This document shows positions 7,231-14,507 of a DNA stretch of 64,000 nt, in pieces. Source of the stretch: a virus (taxonomy: Duplodnaviria > Heunggongvirae > Uroviricota > Caudoviricetes); IMG/VR virus record IMGVR_UViG_3300043436_002205; one strand, 5' to 3'. The notes under the pieces were generated by a model. The model did no database searches. It was given only the letters and a program-made list of their open reading frames with translations, and was not told where the DNA came from. Position 1 is the stretch's first letter. Every line of letters starts with the position of its first letter. Position numbers and translations under genes: made by a program.

Positions 7231-9855
7231 TTAAAGAATCCTTCTCCAAAGAGTTTTCGTAGAGATTACTGAGCTATTATTATTTATTATCGATCCTGCA
7301 TATGTACTCTGATAGTCTACAGCTCCAGCATAATCGTTTGGTACTGTAGAGTCATAATTTACCGTATCCGGGACGGCTGCAATGTATGTTGTAGTATATG
7401 CAGGACCATCATAAGAGCTAGTATAGCTGGATGGTAAAGGACTAGAGAAGACCCCACCTGTGACTCCTATGTAATCGGTAATATATGACAGGGTCCCAAC
7501 ATAAAACACTGGAGCAAATCCTACAAATTGTCCTAGATATGTAGTTTCACTTATATACGACACCGGTCCAATACCAACGTAGTCTCCTAGATAAGCAACT
7601 GTGTTGTCATAGTTTGCCGCCGTCACTCCTAAGTAATCTATATCGTATGTTAACACTCCAACGTAGCTTGCGGGAGTCACACCGGCGTATTCACTCTCGT
7701 ATGTAACAGATAATATATAACTGCCAGCATCTGGAGTTAATCCAGCGTAGTTGCCAAGATAGGCTATAACCGTATCATAAACCGCTCCATCTGGGTTTGT
7801 TCCGAGATAATCTGCAGCAATGAGCGCAGTATATAATACTTCCGGTATACCAATATATCCGGCTCCGTCTGGAGTAGTTCCTGGACCGATATATGTAGGG
7901 CCGTCAAGAGGGCCCAAGTAACTAACATCAGGCCCGGCACCGAGATAGTTAACTGGTGCACCAGATCCAAGATAATTTATTGCGTTGTCTGACTCGTAGT
8001 TTATGGCATCCGGAGTCGCAGGACCTACGTAGTTAATTGATGGTATGGAAGTATAATCTACGAAGTTTAGTTTTTGCGACCCTTGATAATCTTGGTTTCC
8101 TGGGCCTAAGTAGTTGGTATCCGCGCCAGGGCCGAGGTAGCTTGTAGCTGCACCAGGGCCGAGGTAGTTTGTAGCATTCGCCGGGCCAGGGCCAACGTAT
8201 GATAATGTTTTGGTTCTCACGTACGTGATGCCCGGCCCTGGCCCGAGATAGTTTATAGAATTCGCTGCGCCTGGCCCAACATAATTTATAGCATTCGCCG
8301 TGCCCGGGCCAAGATAGTTTGTGACGTTAGCAACTAACGAAGTGTAGTTCGCAGCAGGACCTCCTGGGCCAAGGTAGTTAACAGTTGTAATGTCTCCTAG
8401 ATAGAAAGGTTCTGCGCTAGGACCTAAGTATAGAGGAAATAACGTATAGTTTGTAAAGTTTGCCGGGCCAGGACCAAGATAGTTTACGTTTGGGACTCCG
8501 GATTGAGATGCATAAGGAGCACCGTCCGTATCCGTAGATACATATAGAACTCCATCCAAAGGCCCAATATATGTGACTGGCGCAGAGGGTCCTAGATATG
8601 AAGCCGGAGTCGTTCCTGCATAGTTAATAGAGTCCGCCAACGGACCAAGATAGTTAACTGTCACGAATCGAGTACTATCATAGGTAACCTCTGCAGGTCC
8701 AACGTATGTGACTGGACCAATAAACCCAGTCACATACGTGATAGGAGTGATACCAACGTACGTAGCTGGTCCTACATAATCTGCTACGTAAGTAGCCGGT
8801 GTAACGCCGACATAAGAAATAGGACCGATGTAATCGCCGACATAGTTCGTTGGCGCAACTCCATCGTATACAATCCCGCCAAGATAGTCTCCATCGTATG
8901 TTGCAAAACCCGGACCTAGATAGTTTATACCACTAGGCCCTTCAAAGGTGGTAGTGTATGCCGCCGGTGCAACACCGTCATAACCAACAATAACAGAAGA
9001 AACGTAATCAGTGTCGTATGTTCCTATGTAATCTGTGTCATACGGTACGTCCGAACCGCCAAGATAGCTTATAGGAATAATACCGGTATAATTCACATCA
9101 GAAGTATATATCGGGCCTACATAATCTTGCGCAGATATCGTAGGTCTTGTGTCAAGGATAGTACCCATTTCAGCCCAAGTCCCTGGCGTTGGCGCAGCTA
9201 GCTGAAATGCATAGTAACCTATCTGTGTTGTTATAATTCTTTCTCTTACTTTTTCGACTAGCTGTTCTATTTCGGCCTGAGTCATGATCTGAATGGTTCC
9301 GCCAGATACATGTTTAAGAGGACTGTGTGTAAGAGTGGTAGTACCCGATATCTTTTTAAATAACGTGGTTACAGTAGTATTTGCTGTGTCTTGAACGTTG
9401 TTAATGCTTCCGATGGATACCCAAGTACCTCCAGCCGGCGCGGCGCTTGTTAACACGTAACCACCTGGGCCATCTCCAATAACCATATATTGTATAATAG
9501 CATCGGCAAGATCGTTGAGCTCTGTATTGTTCGCGATCTTAATATCAGTTCCGTTCCAATGTAATGGTGGATTCGTGACAGATCCGTAGTTACTCGTTCT
9601 ATCCTGATAAAGAGTGTATGTTGTAGAAAGAAGTGTAACGTCTCCAGTTCCAATAGCTCCCTGATATCGTGTATCAGTGAAATCACCTATTGCTACATAA
9701 GCGGTGTTTGCACCTTGTGCGTTGTATATGTTACCGGGCCCGTCAACAGAAGCAAACTTTTCAAGAACAACTTCAGCGATCGCTTCAAACTCAGAGTCGT
9801 TTATGATCTGTAATATGCCACTGCCCTTATAGGTAAGGACATTTGGTCTTGCCAT
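7231..9855 (-). CDS. Large Tyr-x-Gly repeat structural protein (fibre-like)
   Basis: 874 aa; triplicated N-terminal domain followed by about 600 aa of Y[LVIA]G(P) repeats. Confidence 0.7.
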   Translation of the reverse strand: MARPNVLTYKGSGILQIINDSEFEAIAEVVLEKFASVDGPGNIYNAQGANTAYVAIGDFTDTRYQGAIGTGDVTLLSTTYTLYQDRTSNYGSVTNPPLHWNGTDIKIANNTELNDLADAIIQYMVIGDGPGGYVLTSAAPAGGTWVSIGSINNVQDTANTTVTTLFKKISGTTTLTHSPLKHVSGGTIQIMTQAEIEQLVEKVRERIITTQIGYYAFQLAAPTPGTWAEMGTILDTRPTISAQDYVGPIYTSDVNYTGIIPISYLGGSDVPYDTDYIGTYDTDYVSSVIVGYDGVAPAAYTTTFEGPSGINYLGPGFATYDGDYLGGIVYDGVAPTNYVGDYIGPISYVGVTPATYVADYVGPATYVGITPITYVTGFIGPVTYVGPAEVTYDSTRFVTVNYLGPLADSINYAGTTPASYLGPSAPVTYIGPLDGVLYVSTDTDGAPYASQSGVPNVNYLGPGPANFTNYTLFPLYLGPSAEPFYLGDITTVNYLGPGGPAANYTSLVANVTNYLGPGTANAINYVGPGAANSINYLGPGPGITYVRTKTLSYVGPGPANATNYLGPGAATSYLGPGADTNYLGPGNQDYQGSQKLNFVDYTSIPSINYVGPATPDAINYESDNAINYLGSGAPVNYLGAGPDVSYLGPLDGPTYIGPGTTPDGAGYIGIPEVLYTALIAADYLGTNPDGAVYDTVIAYLGNYAGLTPDAGSYILSVTYESEYAGVTPASYVGVLTYDIDYLGVTAANYDNTVAYLGDYVGIGPVSYISETTYLGQFVGFAPVFYVGTLSYITDYIGVTGGVFSSPLPSSYTSSYDGPAYTTTYIAAVPDTVNYDSTVPNDYAGAVDYQSTYAGSIINNNSSVISTKTLWRRIL
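7305..9135 (-). repeat. Imperfect coding repeat (N/S/T)-Y-[LVIA]-G-P-G
   Basis: Dozens of copies in the translation; DNA shows recurring ccaagatag/gggccaagg-type units. Confidence 0.85.
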
Positions 9856-9856
9856 A

Positions 9857-10024
9857 TTATACAGAACCCCAGACTACAGTTCCTGCCGCATTAAGGATCT
9901 TTAGAGTTCTATTTGAACTGTCCTGCAAATAAGTAATCACGGCAGTGTTTGAGGTTGCCGTGAGTATGTTTGTTATATTTCTGCTATCGTCAATAACGGT
10001 TGTTCCAGATATCTTAACAGCCAT
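9857..10024 (-). CDS. 55-aa structural protein MAVKISGTTVIDDSRNI... (missed by the ORF track)
   Basis: Hand translation; AGGAG SD; N-terminal motif common in T4-like virion proteins; GATAAATA late-like motif upstream. Confidence 0.75.
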   Translation of the reverse strand: MAVKISGTTVIDDSRNITNILTATSNTAVITYLQDSSNRTLKILNAAGTVVWGSV

Positions 10025-10069
10025 CTTCGCTCTCCTTTAGAACTATTAGCTGTATCTATTTATCACAAC

Positions 10070-11095
10070 TTATGTCTTTAGCCATCTTTCGTTCTCTAGA
10101 GTCCACTTTACTACTTCTGCAATTCTTTCGCGGACTGAAGTGGCTGGTTCCCATCCAAGACTCTTCATCTTGTTTCCGTCTAGGGCATAGCGAAGATCGT
10201 GGCCTGGGCGACTCGAGTGAAAGTCGACAAACTCGTAGTTGAGTTCCTTACCTTGCGCGTCTGCGATGATCCTTGCAAGTTCGTAGTTATCGATCTCTTC
10301 TGCGCCGACGATGTTAAACTTGGGGCACTTAGCTCCACCCCATTCTTCCTTTAGATCAAAATTCCCATTTAGTAAGAATAAAACTGCATCTGCTACATCT
10401 TCTGCGTGGATGTAGTGACGTGATCCCGGGATCGTCTTTGTTCTATCGCTATGGATTGTAATCTTCTCGCCATCACGAGCTTTCTTGATGCACATTGGTA
10501 TGTACTTCTCCGGGTGTTGTCTCTGACCAAAGACGTTCATAGTATGAGTGATATAGATCGGCAAGCCGTAGGTATTCTCATACGCAACAGCAAGTTCTTC
10601 GCCGCCTGCTTTTGATGCGCTATAAGGATTCGTAGAGTTATAGCGATCGTTTTCACCATACTTAATTCCATCCGGCGCAGGACCAAAGACTTCATCGGTA
10701 CTGAAGTAGATGAACCTCTTAAGATTGCTCTTTTGCGCTCTTGCAAATTCGAGAATGTTACACGTTCCGACAACATTATCAAGAACGAACTCCATCGGAT
10801 AGTCGATAGAACGATCAACATGTGACCCTGCTGCAAGGTGAGCGATGTAGTCTACGGATCCTACTTCTGAACGAACGAGTGGGTTCATGTCGGCCTTCAG
10901 GTCGTGAAATACCACGCTTACTCTCTTACGAGTTTCGGCGTCGAACTCCTGTAGTGAGTCGTGGAGGCGATTCAAGTTTCCACTGTAGTCCAATCTATCT
11001 AGAGTAACTACCTCCCAATCCGTCTCTTTGAGCACTTTACATACGAGGTGGTGGGCAATAAAACCGGCTCCGCCAGTGATTAATATTCTTTTCAT
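10070..11095 (-). CDS. rmlB: dTDP-glucose 4,6-dehydratase (true start MKRILITGGAG at 11095)
   Basis: GGAGFIA, HLAAGSHVDRSI, STDEVFG, YSASK, RPGHDLRYALD. Confidence 0.9.
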   Translation of the reverse strand: MKRILITGGAGFIAHHLVCKVLKETDWEVVTLDRLDYSGNLNRLHDSLQEFDAETRKRVSVVFHDLKADMNPLVRSEVGSVDYIAHLAAGSHVDRSIDYPMEFVLDNVVGTCNILEFARAQKSNLKRFIYFSTDEVFGPAPDGIKYGENDRYNSTNPYSASKAGGEELAVAYENTYGLPIYITHTMNVFGQRQHPEKYIPMCIKKARDGEKITIHSDRTKTIPGSRHYIHAEDVADAVLFLLNGNFDLKEEWGGAKCPKFNIVGAEEIDNYELARIIADAQGKELNYEFVDFHSSRPGHDLRYALDGNKMKSLGWEPATSVRERIAEVVKWTLENERWLKT

Positions 11096-11118
11096 AATGT
11101 ATTCCTTTTCATTGTATG

Positions 11119-11145
11119 AAGAAGCGGGCAATGCCCGCTTCTTTT
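11119..11145. terminator. Hairpin terminator between the tctC-like gene and rmlB
   Basis: Perfect 11-bp stem AAGAAGCGGGC-AAT-GCCCGCTTCTT. Confidence 0.65.
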
Positions 11146-11153
11146 CTATATGA

Positions 11154-11981
11154 TTACTGCACCTGACTTTGGTAGGCAGACACTTCTTTCTGTATAGCTT
11201 CGAGCTGTGCTTCTCTATCGAGTAATGAAAGCTCACGACTATATGTGTTAAACATTTCTTTCCAAGAATCTGAAGAGGTAGAATCGTTTAAAACCTGCTT
11301 CATCTCTTCTAGATCAACATTTACTCCAAGGAATGCGAACTTCATACCGGCTGTAGAGAAGACGTCATCACTGTAATTAACTAGCGGTGTAATTTCAGTG
11401 CTGTTTGGATCTGTAGTCAGCACGCAGCTCATAATATCGCTTGGCTTGGTCGTATAGACAAAGTCTATCTCGTCTATTTCAAAAGCTGCCATATATTCAT
11501 TCGCGCTCTTATACGGAATGATCGTAGCATTACTCTGTACTGCTTTTACATTATTTTCTAAAGATAACTTGTATAGAAAATCAATAGCATAACCTATCTT
11601 TGCGTTTCCGTTTATAAAGTATTCGAGATCTTTACCGGAATCTTTCTTTGTGCAGATATAGTTATACGAAGAGATGTGAACAGTGATAAAATTATCTTTT
11701 GTGAGTGTTTCCTTACATTCTTCACTTGCTGAAAAAGGTTCTGCAATTGGCTGCCATATTACTATGGTTGGGTTAGTCTCAGTTTTAAGAATGCTTGCTG
11801 CTGTGGCACAGGACTCTACTTTTTCTACACTTCCAAAAAGAGAAGGGTTTGACTCGTGTAGATAGTTTCCTAGTTTAAAGGCAGCTCCGGTTGGATTGTA
11901 TGGATTTATGATGCGAACTAATTCGTTTGCGTAGAGCGGTGTAGAAATCATCATAAAGAGCGCTGTGATGTATTTAATCAT
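11154..11981 (-). CDS. Secreted type-2 periplasmic binding protein, TctC/Bug-like
   Basis: Signal peptide MIKYITALFMMISTPLYA; RIINPYNPTG and IIPYKSANEYMAAFEIDEIDF resemble Bug motifs; adjacent to the tctA-like gene. Confidence 0.6.
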   Translation of the reverse strand: MIKYITALFMMISTPLYANELVRIINPYNPTGAAFKLGNYLHESNPSLFGSVEKVESCATAASILKTETNPTIVIWQPIAEPFSASEECKETLTKDNFITVHISSYNYICTKKDSGKDLEYFINGNAKIGYAIDFLYKLSLENNVKAVQSNATIIPYKSANEYMAAFEIDEIDFVYTTKPSDIMSCVLTTDPNSTEITPLVNYSDDVFSTAGMKFAFLGVNVDLEEMKQVLNDSTSSDSWKEMFNTYSRELSLLDREAQLEAIQKEVSAYQSQVQ

Positions 11982-11989
11982 ATTTTACC

Positions 11990-13321
11990 TCATAAGTATA
12001 GAGCGTTGAATGTCATTATGCTGTAGTACAGCATGTCGTGAAGCAGAAATGCAAAGACTATTGGTGTTCTATCGTAACTCTTGAGCAGATAACCAATTGG
12101 TATCAAAGCTATAAGAAGTACTACATAGTACACGGACTGACCATACATAGATCCAGTAATATACGCGACGACAAAGAGCATCGCAATAATAAAGATATAT
12201 ATGTATCTAAAGTCTATCCTTGAAAAAACTCTTATCCAATTTACATACTTTCCTGCTATGAATACGCCGATAATCGCGCTAAGCATATAGACAACCATCA
12301 TATAAGGAAGCATGTGATAGAAGAAGTTTGTTGTTATATGTATTCCTTTACTCTCGACTATACTATATATAAAAGATTGTGTACTAGTAATTGGAAGACC
12401 TACGAGAAATAAAGGAATTATTTGTGAAAAAACACCTGCGTTGTTTGCAGTCTCGGCCGCAACAAGACAGTCTATATCACCAACCTGATACTTGTTTTGT
12501 TTCTTTTTTATTCTTTTTTCGAGTAGATACGCAAGTGTTGTTCCAAGATGATACGTAACTCCTGGTATAAACCCGGATACATAACCTATCAAGAATCCAC
12601 GAACTACAACTCCCCAATGTTGTAACATATTCTTAAACGACACAACATAACCTGAAAGTTGCAACTTATTCATCACTATCTTTCTTGAGCCTACTTCAAG
12701 TTGATCTAGGATATACGGTATTACGTATATTCCTAAGACGACACTGATTGTAGGAAGCCCGCTTAACAGATAATTGTTACCAAATGTAAGAAATGCGGTG
12801 TTTGTATTTTTATCCATCCCGACGTGCGCTAAGATAAAACCCAAGATTATAAATGCGCAACTGATCCAGTACTTATTCTTACTCACTACTATAAATGCTA
12901 TTAGACACAGAAAAGTAAGCAGCATTTTTATGCGCGTATCAAACATAGAGAACATATAGTAACTATACTGAATAAAGATGTACGACACCATGATAGAGAG
13001 AAGAGATCCTATGAAGCTTCCTATCGCTGCATACATTATTGCCCTATCACCATCTCCACGACGAAACAATTCGTGACCTTCGATTAACGAAGGAATGGAT
13101 GTCATAGAACCAGGGACAGCAAAGATAGTTGCTGACACAGATCCAAAGTATTGGCTCAGGCTTGCAACTACTACATATACTGCTAACGCGTTTGCTGGGT
13201 CAATTCCCATTAGAAACGGATACATTAGAGACAGCGTCACAAACACGGACACTCCTGGTATCAATCCGGACAAGACGCCAAAGAAGGTCGCAACAAGAAA
13301 AGAAACAACCATTTCTATCAT
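11990..13321 (-). CDS. tctA: Tripartite tricarboxylate transporter TctA-like membrane protein
   Basis: About 12 hydrophobic segments; GVLSGLIPG, YFGSVSATIFAVPG, G.ISGFIPG, VAAETANNA motifs. Confidence 0.85.
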   Translation of the reverse strand: MIEMVVSFLVATFFGVLSGLIPGVSVFVTLSLMYPFLMGIDPANALAVYVVVASLSQYFGSVSATIFAVPGSMTSIPSLIEGHELFRRGDGDRAIMYAAIGSFIGSLLSIMVSYIFIQYSYYMFSMFDTRIKMLLTFLCLIAFIVVSKNKYWISCAFIILGFILAHVGMDKNTNTAFLTFGNNYLLSGLPTISVVLGIYVIPYILDQLEVGSRKIVMNKLQLSGYVVSFKNMLQHWGVVVRGFLIGYVSGFIPGVTYHLGTTLAYLLEKRIKKKQNKYQVGDIDCLVAAETANNAGVFSQIIPLFLVGLPITSTQSFIYSIVESKGIHITTNFFYHMLPYMMVVYMLSAIIGVFIAGKYVNWIRVFSRIDFRYIYIFIIAMLFVVAYITGSMYGQSVYYVVLLIALIPIGYLLKSYDRTPIVFAFLLHDMLYYSIMTFNALYL

Positions 13322-13322
13322 T

Positions 13323-14495
13323 TCAACTATCTCTTAACTCTAAAGTGGATTTTCTTATGTATATGGACCTAGAAGGAATCGAATTTAATGTTTTATTTTC
13401 TTCATCTATGTATCTTGCGTCAACTCTTCTAGATATTTCTTCTTCAAAGAAATGCTGAGTTTCTCGAATAATTCCAATCTTTTCTCTTTTTAAATGAAGA
13501 TGTTTTAACCATCCGGAATAATCTGGACTCGCTCTCCAATAATTTCCATTCAATACATGACTCAAGGCTTTATATCCCATTGATTCATTTATAAGTGTAT
13601 AGTAAGAACTAGAAAAGTGTTGAACTTCACTCACAAGTTTTTCTGCTTCGCTCTTACTAATATTTCCACGTGCCTTGACAATACTTTCAATCGCTGATAT
13701 CTTAAGCCACGCGAGCTTTATCTGTATTTCTGGGACGTCGTCAGTAGAGAAAAAGAAGATTGTATCGTAGTCATTAGATGATGGAGTATCATATTGCCAC
13801 CACATTCCAGAATTAGTAGCCCAAAACCAATCTCCGTTTACCAAAGTTACACGAGGTTTTTCTAATCCCCATATCATACAAGATCGCGGTTTAGTCTTAT
13901 TCACTCTCTTGTGTCTTGAGTGATATTGGCCTATAGATTCCGGTAACTTAACCATAGTACGATAATCACCTACGAAATTCTCAAGAGCAAGTCTCCATTC
14001 TGCCGGGTCGTTTGGTGCAAGATAATTCGGTTTGTCTAAACCTTCTACCGTGTAGTTGAGTTGCTTTAACTTCTCGCTGTATTTACTCATAAGAGTATCA
14101 CGAATCTGTCCAAAGAGTTTTATTTTTGGATTAAAATCTTCGAAACCAAACCCGGCTCTATGCCAAAGTTTAACATTTCTTATACCTTCATCTATAAATG
14201 CATCGAGTATTGTATGACTATCAGTTCCTCCACTGTAGTGAATCGTAATGTCATCATACTTTTCCGCAAGGATTCTTGCGTGCTTCCTGAAATAGTCTTT
14301 AGATTCAAGAAGAGGTTCTACTCTCCATGCCTGCGGATTACGATACACGTCATAGTCAAGAACAAACTCTATCCTAGAGTCTCTTCTCTTACTTGCTTCT
14401 GAAAATGCTTCTACGTTATTATAAAACTTAGATCCGTTCGCGAGAAAGTAGAAGTTTGGTTTTGAAGAAGGAATATCGCGAAATAAATTTATCAC
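13323..14495 (-). CDS. PP-loop (adenine nucleotide alpha-hydrolase-like) protein of unknown function
   Basis: ITIHYSGGTDSHTIL (SGGxDS); later IWGLEKP. Confidence 0.65.
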   Translation of the reverse strand: MINLFRDIPSSKPNFYFLANGSKFYNNVEAFSEASKRRDSRIEFVLDYDVYRNPQAWRVEPLLESKDYFRKHARILAEKYDDITIHYSGGTDSHTILDAFIDEGIRNVKLWHRAGFGFEDFNPKIKLFGQIRDTLMSKYSEKLKQLNYTVEGLDKPNYLAPNDPAEWRLALENFVGDYRTMVKLPESIGQYHSRHKRVNKTKPRSCMIWGLEKPRVTLVNGDWFWATNSGMWWQYDTPSSNDYDTIFFFSTDDVPEIQIKLAWLKISAIESIVKARGNISKSEAEKLVSEVQHFSSSYYTLINESMGYKALSHVLNGNYWRASPDYSGWLKHLHLKREKIGIIRETQHFFEEEISRRVDARYIDEENKTLNSIPSRSIYIRKSTLELRDS

Positions 14496-14507
14496 AATTC
14501 AATAAGT

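Noticed and set aside
7305-9135. CRISPR-like or non-coding repeat array
   Set aside because: Repeats are imperfect, in frame and protein-coding, with no constant repeat-spacer periodicity.
11096-11236. N-terminal extension of RmlB in the ORF track
   Set aside because: It crosses a terminator and the tctC-like 3' end; the SD and Rossmann motif place the start at 11095.
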